A stretch of DNA of 64,000 bases, from assembly GCF_000181795.1 (NCBI RefSeq), contig NW_003526943.1, positions 9,470,849-9,534,848 on the forward strand, given 5' to 3'. The position numbers and the translations under genes are program-made. Origin of the DNA: Trichinella spiralis. Its lineage: Eukaryota. The stretch's first letter is position 1, and the number at the start of each line of letters is the position of its first letter. The notes under the pieces were generated by a model, which was given only the letters and a program-made list of their open reading frames with translations, had not been told where the DNA came from and searched no databases. Of the stretch, positions 28,701 to 39,925 are shown piece by piece.

Positions 28701-29872
28701 GCTATTATCATATTTTAAACTTTAAATATTAATTAATTATTTATAAAAATTTCTTCACATGTTTACATTAGTCACTAAATCAATATTAAGAAATAAAAAT
28801 TTGTATTCTGATATTTGTTTGGCAATCTTGTGATCGCTAAATATGCATCACATATTTCGTATTTCGTTTTACATGAAGGTAATTAAAAATGTATTTCTAG
28901 TAACAATTACTTTTTCAGCTATTAATATTATTATTGATACCTCGTTGAATTAAATATTAAAATTTTTATCAGTTAATTAGAATTTTTTCTGCTGAATTTC
29001 TATCATGCAGCATTTTTAGAAACAAAGTATTTAATAATGTGAACAAATTAAACTGATCAAAATGTGATTCATTTTGATTTCGTTTCATGGAAGTCCAACT
29101 AAAAAATCTGCAAAAATCAAAACGAAGCGAAGAAATAGAATTAGAAAAATCAGTATTAAAATTTAAATCCGTACGGCACCTTTGTAATTTGTGAATATTT
29201 TCAAATTCGTGATTTTGAAGTGCACATTGAACGTCAAGTGGTGAAGATGAATTGAATAAAGCAAAACAGTGTACATTAAGTAAACATGCACTATTTGATA
29301 TAAAATTTCAAATTAGTTCAAATAACCAATTTGCTTATAAGTATGCAATTTACTTAGCTGAGTGATGTGCTAGATTGATATTAAGTCTCCAAACAAAAAA
29401 TAAAAAAGTTTCACCTTCTCTAAAAATGTTGAATGCATTGCTTCAACGCTTTACATACGCTCAAATAAAGGTAAAATTCAGAGCAGATTAAAATTTTACA
29501 AATAATATAATCTTAAATGAATTGTTTTGACAAAGTTTCACAACGTCAATGTAATTAACATTGAAATGATTGCACTAAACGAACGAAAATAGCTGTTGTA
29601 ATTTTTAGTTATTGCATAACGTCAGCAAATAAATATATTGCAGCAAAACATTCTATACTTAACTTTACCAAAATTATTATTTAACACTGTATCCTATTCA
29701 GCATTTTGCAAAAAATAAACGTTTCATTAAATTTAATTTCCCAAGCTAATTAAAGCAAAAGCGTATCAGGTATGTTGAAAAAGTTTTAATAATAAAATAA
29801 TTGCTCACCTAAATAAGCTATGCACAAGAAAAAGTACACGAGGAATAAAAATTTAAACAAAACATGCAGCAT
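25723..29872 (-). CDS. 5' part of a putative signal-anchored/secreted protein gene (exons 29872-29809, 26681-26623, 25874-25723), running into the gap
   Basis: Three exons splice in frame with GT-AG sites: MLHVLFKFLFLVYFFLCIAYL|VFLQHTSPDIVGYLTEMQMD|RCEVLDQLESTQQNRSQPGQIKAQLIILIDKRRLHAWRQISLRKIDEQFL. Confidence 0.45.
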
Positions 29873-32362
29873 GTTTTAAACAGCGAAAAAGCGTACCTCG
29901 TGAATGTGGGCAAAAGAGTAGAATCCCACCTAGAATTAATTAATTATTCGCCAACGTGTAGTACAAATACTCTGTATTCTGACATGTTGCATGCAAGTTG
30001 AAGTTTGGCTGTTTTGAAGAATTGCAAATGAAGAAATGACATGAAGTGTTCAGATAAAAAAGAGAAAACGTTCAAGTATGTCTAGCAGAGCAGTCGTTTG
30101 ACTTTGTCAGAGAAAAGTAACACTTCAGCAAAAGATGCTTAAAGCACCAGCAGCGCCACGTCAGAGTTGCGTAAAAAGTTAGCGAAGAAGTAGAAGCTGG
30201 AAAAGTGTAAAGTGAAAATTTTAAAAAGTCCAACGGTGATTACCAACTAACAAGAGAAAATCGACGAAATTAAGTTCTATTCCAAGTTACTTTGGATTAA
30301 AGTGAGAAATGCATGCATAATTTGTCGATAAATTGCTTTACATTGGAAACAGACTTTTCAAATCAGCTCTACATTCGACCATCAGTGCGTCTAATTTTAA
30401 AACATCAATTAGCAGTTAAAAATGGCAAACGCTTAAACGTCTGCGTCCTATAAAGCCATGGTAACTAGAATAATAATCGGCCATTCTTTCGGAATGCATT
30501 TTTGAATGCACTGTGGTTTACGTTGCTGATGTTATGAATCAATAAGTCGTCCTTTTATTTACGGCATGTGTTTTCGAAAACTCACTACTAAACTCAACAA
30601 GATTTCTAAAAAGCACCTCAGTATTGATTTGTAATTCATTAACTGGATAGATTTCAAAGAATTATCTAACGTTCTCGAGCAGAGTTGTAATACAATTTTA
30701 GCAAGGATAATGGGTTAAAAAGAACAATAACACATTTTGTAAAGCAACTGTGATGCATTGCGACAGTAAGTTTTCATATTCAATTCGCACTTATCAAATT
30801 ATATTACATTCAAGTATAAAAGTTCATTACTGACGCTTTTTTCATGTAATTATAACAATTATAATTCATGCAAAACGCAACTTGCACTGCTATTTTTCTT
30901 CATTAAACTTTTATCTTATTACAGCAAAAATTCAATGGCATTTGTATAGAAAATTCAGTAAACGTTTGCAGGTTTTCTGTTTTCTCAATAATAAATCGAA
31001 CTCAACAGAAAATAACTTGACCTTTCTTACATCCCTACTGTAGCCAACGTATGTGCATCAATACGTTTGGATCACGAGTCAGAAGAGAGGAATATTCTAG
31101 TTTTTTGTTTCTGAAAATACTTAACATGCAATTAATCTTGATATTTGTAGAAAGCTGCTCTATCTGGTTATCATCAGTGTGTTTGTGATTTCAAACTAAA
31201 TTGCCTGGCAGCTCTTTGTATAATTATGCGACAGCCAATCTGGGGTTGATTACATAGCATGCAGCAGTTTGAATTAGCTCTGAGAATTTTACATTCAACA
31301 ACAAGCCTGTAAATCTTAATAATTTTTAATCACGTTAGTTATCGATTGTGAATAAATTTCAGTTGATAGTGTCATCGTGAATACTATAACAGCATATCCA
31401 CCTGTTACAAAGATATCCTACTTAGGGGAAATGTGAAACTTACTGCGGTTTCCGGATTTTATGTACATTTATGTGCATATCACATCACATAATATGAAGA
31501 AATAAGGTTTGCAGAAATATAAAAAACTTTTTAATGGAGATTCCTTTTTAATAGAAAATAAAAGTACCCAGCGTATTTATCCATTTCTTTACTATTATCA
31601 AGGTTGAACGGAGTTATTTTAAAAAAAGTTTAGGCTATATTCTTATCTTATTAACTTATATCAGTTTTTAATTTATTATTACATTTAAATAATAGCACAC
31701 TATGATATGTATTATTAATTTAACATATACAGTAATAAGTATATTGAACTTGATAATTAAGTCATTACTGTAATGTGAATGTTTTGATAATTTTTGTTAC
31801 AAACTAATGTATTAAAAACATAATTTGGTTTTTACTTATATATTGTTTTATTTATGAAAAGTACGTACCTATTTATGACACTTTATGTTTCAGTTATCTT
31901 ACTGTTAATTACAAAACATAATATGACAATAGAGTGGCGTGACAGGCATTTTCAGTTTTTTGAACTTTTCTAAAATACATAAAACAAAGGAATAATTTAA
32001 ATTGAGTGTCCTGAAGTAATATTTATTTATTCTTTATTGTATTGCTTAGATAATTTTTTGTTTATTTTTTGGAGATGCTTAATATGAACGTTGCAGTTCT
32101 TTTTACGATTTTATGAAAATTAAGTAACATGATAGGTATAATTTAGCTTTTCATAAATTTGCATTCACATTAATATTTAAGATTTTTGCATTATTGTTCA
32201 TTTTTATCTTTTACCTTGTTAGCATGGTATCTATCAGTTGATTTGAAATACTTAAATATTGTCGAGGAAATTAGTGTTACTAATTTTATGTAAGAAATGT
32301 AGTAAAATTTTATCTAGCATTTAATTTTTACGATCATCTCATTTGTATGCCAAATTTTCAGA

Positions 32363-33271
32363 ATGTCTCTTCTTGGTAGAAAGACTTTGTGTTTAATTGC
32401 TGGCGCGAGTCGTGGTATAGGAAGAGCTATAAGCCTTGCGATCGGTTCCTGTTTAGCAGAAGACTCGGATATAATATTGATGTCTCGAGACAAGTCAGCA
32501 TTAGAAAATGTTAAAAGGGAAATTTTACGGAAATCTCCAGGCGTATTTGTATACATTTGCCAATGTGATTTAAGCAAACCATCACAGGAAACTTTCTTGG
32601 ATTGCTTAAGACCTCTGATGAATCTCCGACCCAACAATCATTATGACGTTTCAATGGTTATCCACAATGCAGCTTCAATTGGTCCGATTGATAGACCAGC
32701 TTTGAAATTGATGAACAGCGAAGAACTGACAAATTATTTTGATCTGAATCTCACATCAACAATACTTCTGAATAATGCGTTTTTTCAACTTTGTGAAAAA
32801 GATTTTTCTACTGAGCGTGTTTGCGTCAACATCACTTCTGGAGCTGCATATCACGCAATCAAAAGTTTGCATCTTTATTCTGCAGGTAAAAGCCTGTGAG
32901 AATGAAGTTTCATTTTAATACGAATAATGTTTTAGCGAAAGCGGCTCGCGATGCGTTTTTTCGCGTTTTAGCAACAGAAGAACCAGGAATACGAGTTTTA
33001 AGTTTTAATCCTGGTCCAGTTGTTACTGATATGCAGGTTGAGATATATAGCAGAACTTTTGATTCGGATATCAAAATGTGGAGCAGAGGTGAATTTTTAA
33101 CCGCACTGAGATATTTTATATGTAAAACGAAATTATGGAGCTAGTGCAATTTTAGATGGAATGCAGAACCAAACGTTTCAAACTTGTGACTATGTAGCGA
33201 ACAAGCTTATGGAATATTTACGTGAAAATACATTCCAGTCAGGTTTGTTTTACGATGCGAAAGATCAGTAA
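32363..33271 (+). CDS. SPR: Sepiapterin reductase (SDR family), 3 exons (32363-32886, 32936-33088, 33156-33271)
   Basis: GASRGIG cofactor motif, HNAASIG, VNITSGAA, YSAAKAARDAFFRVLATEEPGIRVLSFNPGPVVTDMQ (SPR-typical YxxxKAARD...EEP), and C-terminal FQSGLFYD. Confidence 0.85.
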
Positions 33272-33706
33272 GCTTTGAAAAAGAAAAGTGAGTTTAAAAC
33301 ACAAACTGTATTTTTATCTTTTAGGACTGTGGCTTTCAGTTATACCCCAAAAATGGAATGAAATATTGAATAGCTGTTGTTGAAATACATTGATTCTGTT
33401 TCAAAGATTATGTGATTTATATGTTTTGAATGGTACTTTTAGTTTAATGAAATGAAGTGAAATAAACAGTTTGAACTAACAGAATTACGAAATGAAGAAA
33501 AACAAAGTTTTTACATAAGGCAGAATATTAGTAAATGGATATAAACATAACAGAATGTTGTGGTGCACGTAAAACAACATGTTTAACTATTATAAATGAA
33601 TAATTTTTCAACAATATTCAAGCAAGTGTGTATATATACATTTCAAAAAATTCAAGTTGTACTTAACGCAAAAGCAAAATCAGAAGCTAGCGTCAGAAGA
33701 AAAAGT

Positions 33707-33779
33707 TGTCCTCGCCTGGGATCGAACCAGGGACCATCTGCGTGTTAAGCAGATGTGATAGCCACTACACCACGAGGAC
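33707..33779 (-). tRNA. tRNA-Val (AAC)
   Basis: Reverse complement GTCCTCGTGGTGTAGTGGCTATCACATCTGCTTAACACGCAGATGGTCCCTGGTTCGATCCCAGGCGAGGACA, followed by an oligo-T Pol III terminator. Confidence 0.97.
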
Positions 33780-34409
33780 GTTGTCGAAATACAAGCCAAA
33801 TTTTATATCAATAGCAACAAGCATAGTTTGTTGCCATCCATGTAAATGGTTTTGCATCATGACTTCATTACTTTGTTTTTCGACAGTGCTCATTGCGATT
33901 AAAGAAATAATTGCTGGAATGGTGCAGCTTTCATAAATTTTAAGAAGAGAATCTACTTTTTGTCAGTGCATAATAAAAATACTTTGAATAATAAGTACGT
34001 TGAATAAAAGTAAGGGATCATTTTAAAATGGAAGCAACTGTTCATGTTGATCTTATCACTTAACTGTTATTTAGCAACATCTCCAATAATGTTATGCAAC
34101 GATGTCCTATATAAAATTGTACCTAATTTGTCTTCTAACTTTACAGTAATCTTATTTTTAGCTCAAAATTCTCAGTTAAACATTTTAAATATTAGTGCGA
34201 AACTTTATTTGAATTTTTAGTTTTTCATTTTCGTTCTTTTTGTTGAATTTGTGTCTGTATAAAAAGTAATTCATTTTTTAATAAGCATCTTTTATGAAAT
34301 AGCCTGTTTATCTATAAATCTGTTTTACAGTTGTTTCATGTTAAAGTTGAATGTTTGGGTTGTTATTAATTTTGTTTTGAATTGTTTTATTTTTTTAGAA
34401 GTTGTTGTC

Positions 34410-37400
34410 ATGTCAGGCAAAGAAAAGCCAGTTGGCGGTTTGAAACTTGTTAGAGCCATACGTCGCGAACGGACTAAGGAACTTCGCACTATTAAGAGCA
34501 AGGTGACATTACATTGAATGTAAATGTGGTTTCAAAAATTAGCTTATAGGAGAAGAGAAAGCGGGTTGCCGAACGACGTAAATTGAGAGCAACGTTTGGG
34601 GAAGATATCTGTCCTGTTCAGCAACCAAAAACGTTAGAAAATACTCGTGAATACGATGAAACTATTGTTTTGCCTAATGATGAGGAAGAAGTGTATGAAG
34701 AGAATACTGACGAAATTGCCCCATATTTTCACATGAAGACAAAACCTAAAGTCTTGCTGACAACAAGTCCTAAAGCTAAAGTGGTAATGAGATATGTTTT
34801 TTTTGGTTTGATATGATTTCAATTTTGTTAATATTTGCTGTATTTGAATATATCATATTTTAAAATGTTACTTTAGGTGTCTTGGAAACTGTGTTATGAA
34901 TTTCACAGATGCATTCCGAATTCTCATGTGATTGGTCGTAAAGGCATCAGTTTGAAAAGGTTAATCTCATTGGCCAATTCAAAGAATTATACTGATATTG
35001 TCGTTGTACATGAGGACCGTCGTTCACCAAGTAGCTTTTTTGCATAATCTTTAATGCATGGATCATGAGTGATTTTAGATGGACTTGTTTTATGTCATTT
35101 ACCTGACGGTCCCACTGCATATTTTAAAATGCAGAACGTGAAACTTCCGAAAGATATTAAGGTGAGACATCATTCATTCATAAAAGTTATATATTGATAT
35201 AAACTTAATGATTTGGCGAATGTTTGTTATTCAGCCGCTAATAATATTGGATTTATAAGTTTAATAACAGTAGATTATATTATTTTAGAATTGTGGAAAG
35301 GGAGCAGTTTTTGGAAATCCAGAATTGGTGTTGAACAATTTTAGCACCCGCCTTGGACACACAGTTGCGCGAATGCTAGCTTGCTTGTTTCCACAAGATC
35401 CACATTTTGGGGGAAGGCGTGTTGTCACTTTCCATAATCAGCGTGATTATATATTTTTCAGACATCACTGGTGAGCATGGTTTTACCTGTATCTTCCCAA
35501 TGTTCACTAAATGGAACAAAACTTTGAGAGCACCTAACTCTACCAATATTCCATTGTTTTGGTTTATATTTTGCAAATGAATTCTTGGCTGGGATATTTA
35601 TAAAAACATGTCATCACATTTATCTTTAGATATACTGTTCTGTTTTTATTAATCAATGAAATCACAAAAAATTGACTTTTTAATTCAGTTCTGGTTTTTT
35701 GTTAATCTTTTTACATGCACCGTGCCTAACTATTTGGAAGGCACATATTCTTGTAGCTGAGACATTACTCTATTTGCACATATATAATACATGGTTATAC
35801 TCTTACGTTTAGATATCAGTAATTGATAAAAAACATTGATGTTCCATTTAGTGAACATTGGGCTGTTCTCGACGTAAAAGGGCAAGTTATGGTATATTGT
35901 CTACAACGGTGACTCAGACTATGTTTTAGTGTGTAAACTGTTTTCTGTCTATGTTTTCTCACACCCTGCCTTCTGACATGATTAACCAAACTCAAAAATC
36001 AAAATCTGTGAACTCTGGCACTGGAATGCAATTGCTTTTTTGTTGTACAGAACAACTGATAACAACTGTTGCATTTATACCACATGCAAATCTCAAAACA
36101 TACAGACACTGGCACTAGAATGCAATTGTTTTTCTGTTGTATAGAACAACTGACAGGAACTATATATTAGTGCGGTTAGGTTTGGTTACAAAGCTGTGTG
36201 GCAACCATGGCTACCCATATCATATGATTACTTATCAAGGTAAGGAAATCCACGCATCGAAAGTGCCATTCAGCACCAGAGTTATCAGTAATATAGTTGA
36301 CATTATTCAAGAATACTCCAATACCAAAAGGCATACGTTGTATTTTGACAACTTTTTCAACAATTATGAGCTGCTGGTAAAGTCATCCGGATTGAAAATG
36401 AGAGCTATTGGAACCACCCGACCATGCCGCAGCAATGGTGCTGACGCAGTGATGTTGCCGGACAAACAGCTAATGAAACAAAAGCGAGGTGCTTATGACT
36501 TTTGAAGTGATGGAAATGTGAATATAGTTATATGGCGTGATAATTCCATCGTCAGAATCGTCAGCAACTTCCTGACACACAGGCCGTTGCGCAATACGCA
36601 ACGAGGCCAACGAATTGAAGTACAAATGCTGAACATTGTAAGATCGTATAACACTGGTATGGGAGGGGTTGACCTTCTTGATAGACTTGCTGCTGCGTAT
36701 CGTCCAACAGTAAGAAGCGAAAATGGTATTGGCCTTTGTTTATCAGTGCGGTGAACATTGCTACAGTGGCTGCTTGGTGGATTCACTGCTTCGTAGAAGG
36801 AAGACCACACAGCCACTTAGAGCTCCGTCGACAAGCGGTTCTGAGCTTGCTGCAGTTAGAAGGAACAGCGACACCAAGAGTGGCATCAGGTTTCATGTCA
36901 CAATTGCCTGACATCCGCTTCGATGGGGTAGACCATATTCTTGGTACTGGACCACAGGGACGTTGCAAAGTATGCAAACGAAATTCAAAAAATGCAACGT
37001 TCGACTACATGCGGAGCGAGGAAAGCAATGCTTTGAAATTTACCATTGTCAGAAATAAAATCAACCATAAGTCGAAGTGTTGCTACGTATTTTTACCAAC
37101 ATCTCCGTTCTCTGATCAATAAAAGCAGTGTTTCTACATGTCGAGCATTTTTGTCGAGAACCGCCAATGTTCAGTAAATGGAACATGCCATTATTCCACA
37201 AGGAGTAGTGCCAGACATGTCTAGCTCTAATATTTTCTTAATTTGAACCTATGTGTGTGTCATCAAGATTTACAGCTCTTGAACATGCACCAAAAAAGTT
37301 TGGGTAGATAAAGGTTAAAGTTTGAAATATATATTTGAAAGAAAACGATTGTAATTCAAGTTACGTTTATTTACAATTATATTTTTTAAAATCATTCTGC

Positions 37401-37680
37401 TGTTTTTATGCTATAATGATTTTTTTATAATGTTATGATATTTTAATTATCATAGGTATGAATTCAAAAAAGATGGAACAAAAGCGGCTCTTAAAGAGCT
37501 TGGACCTAGATTTACTCTTCGACTGAAGGCTTTGCAAAAAGGCACGTTCAATCCAAAGTTTGGCCAGTTTGAGTGGATTTTAAAGGTAAAATAAACATGT
37601 TTTTTTATGATTTTGATTTTTCATTTGTTTGATTTTAGAGACATGAAATGGAGACAAGTCGAAGAAGGTTCTTCCTATGA
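34410..37680 (+). CDS. RPF1: Ribosome production factor 1 (Brix domain), 7 exons
   Basis: [83 protein letters not shown], and the terminal [13 protein letters not shown]. The intron 35471-37455 contains a piggyBac. Confidence 0.95.
35486..37314 (+). mobile_element. piggyBac element (PGBD2/3-like transposase, internally deleted and inactivated) in an RPF1 intron
   Basis: TIRs CCTGTATCTTCCC (35486) and GGGTAGATAAAGG (ending 37314) match at 11/13 and are flanked by TTTA/TTAA. Transposase motifs [25 protein letters not shown] and GRCKVC. Stop at 36503 and frameshift near 36720-36736. Confidence 0.9.
36015..36156 (+). repeat. Imperfect direct duplication (~48 bp core, 94-bp spacing) inside the piggyBac
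   Basis: ctggcactggaatgcaattgcttttttgttgtacagaacaactga versus ctggcactagaatgcaattgtttttctgttgtatagaacaactga. Confidence 0.8.
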
Positions 37681-38118
37681 ATAATTTTGTTTCTGATATG
37701 AAATTAATAATGCATGCCCAGTTTATTCGAAATTGATTAAATAAATATAGGAAAACTCAAGCCATTTAATATTTTTTTACTTATATTCGTGCGCAATAAT
37801 AAATTTTAAACTATTGTATTAATGAGTTTGATTTAATTTGAGAGCGGTTTTCTGTTTTACTTTATGTAATTCTGTGCATTTGACAAAAATTTAAGTTTCA
37901 TTAAGATATTTATGATAGTTGCTGTACACACCTTTGATTTTATTTGAAGAAAAGAAGCTTCATCTCTTTTTTCACTTTAATGAAAAATTAATAGTTTTGA
38001 AATTCTGTTACAGTGAAATTATTCTTTGCTGCATTATGAATCATTTTCAAACCTAATTTCGAAGTATATTACATGTTTTTGCAAGGTATAGCATATAAAT
38101 GGAATTAAAGCTATAAGC

Positions 38119-38799
38119 CAGTGGTTCTCAAACTTTTCTGGGCTGCAACCCATTTTCGAAAATGGTATTTTTTTTGCGACCCACTTGCTTGCGATGCATA
38201 TTTGAAAAGGCAAGAGAGGTTAAATAAAAATATTAGTTTACTACTTTAAATTTTTTAATGAATACGTCTAGTTGTAATGTATAAGTTTATTTGTCAAATG
38301 CATGATGTGATGTATGCGAACAGTGGGTTTGTTTTCTGTTTTGACTGATGACTTCTTCGACGTCCACATTAACACATGTTAGTCTTAGTCGCATAATTGT
38401 AGCTTGTTTCCAAATTTTCTTTGAATTCCAATCATTTAAAATCCAATTTTACACAAGTAGGAAGTAGTAAAAGAAAGCAGATATTTTAATGCTGCGGTGG
38501 ATAGAGTTGGATATGTGTTTTAAACTGATAGCCAAACGTTTGTTATTGTTTTACGATAAAACTGACTTTAAACGAAGAATCTTCAAACAAATCGATTAAT
38601 TATCTATCTGCTTTTGTGGATTTGTCGATACAGACAACATCTGCGTGCTGTGAGAGAAATAGTGATTCTCAAATTATAAGTAACTGAATCATAGCTTAGT
38701 CATCCACCCAACAATTTTTGATAAGTAAAACTCTCCTAACAAAAATAAAGACTACTACCGTACTTTAATATTTTTTGTGACCCACACTGAGAACCACTG
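38119..38799 (-). mobile_element. Non-autonomous hAT (Buster/Charlie-type) element, 681 bp
   Basis: Perfect 12-bp TIRs CAGTGGTTCTCA / TGAGAACCACTG. The 8-bp TSD is CTATAAGC versus TTACAAGC (6/8). The internal minus-strand remnant VWLSV*NTYPTLSTAALKYLLSFTTSYLCKIGF matches the hAT dimerisation domain. Confidence 0.88.
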
Positions 38800-39925
38800 T
38801 TACAAGCTATAAACTTTATTAAGACGAATTCACATGCTTAATGTAAGCACTAGCAAGCGCAGCAAGAGCAGCAGCAAGCACTCAGTTTTACCTACTCAAA
38901 TTAGCAGGCAGGTTTTGTTCATTAGTTGCAGAAGTTTTTAGCAGTAATTCTGGAGGTGTCGCATTAGCATTTCGAGTTTCTCTGTTTTTATAAAAGAAAA
39001 TTCAACTATTGCTGGAAGTGGAATTAGAATAAAAAAAACGAAAGACTACCAATGGAATTAGAGTCGCAATCTAGGAACTGAATTCTTTTTAGAGTTTCTG
39101 TCAGAACGTATTGGTTTATTCTTTGTCTGACATGGTTAATAGTTTTGTCGATGAATATTCATCAACAAAATTTCCATATACATTAAATACTGAACTAACA
39201 CGATCCTATGAAGTTTCTGATGGTGAGGTTTCTTGTTATAGCATGTCAGCAATTTCAAAACAATTTACCAGAAATAATATTTTCTGCTAAAATTTATTAT
39301 TAATTAGAAGCATTACATTCTATGCTGAAACCAAATATAATTTATGTTGTGAACAGAATCACTTATTATAGATCGCATTATTTTTATAAGTATCGACTAA
39401 TTCAAATTTAGAAATATTCGTTGTAAACCTTATACTTTTTTAAATTTATTTCAAGCGTGAAAATTAGTACTAATCTGAAAAGTTAGTGGTGGAAAAGGAT
39501 TCACAGAAATAAAAAAATTTAGCAATTATTATCATCAGCAATTAATCATATTGTGATCAGTCACAGTACATGAGCTACAAAACAGTTAGGCACATTCTGG
39601 CTAAACACAAAACATTTATATTCTATAAAATTAAAAAATGATAACATTTATTTTATATATTTATGCCCATTTTATTACAACAGGAATCAGTACAATATGA
39701 TATAATAAGTGGAGTACTTTAAACAATATTGCAGATTTTCAGGTTTTAAACAGTTTTAAAGTGCATTTTTCACACTAAAATGCTTTCACCTCTCAACGCT
39801 GGTTAGTTTGATGCGCTTTATTCCAGTGAGTGGCTGCTTTGTTACGGCTCTGGAGATTTGTAAGTATGAACACTTTCTTGTAGAATGAAGTTTAATAAAA
39901 TTTTAATTTAGGTTTCGACATAAAA

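Noticed and set aside
32314..32637. 107-aa minus-strand ORF
   Set aside because: Antisense to sepiapterin reductase exon 1.
33706..33936. 76-aa ORF MSSPGIEPGTICV
   Set aside because: Antisense shadow of tRNA-Val.
36137..37122. Domesticated or active piggyBac transposase, or an RPF1-transposase fusion
   Set aside because: The N-terminal catalytic region is deleted, there is an in-frame stop and a frameshift, and the in-frame splice junction itself creates TGA.
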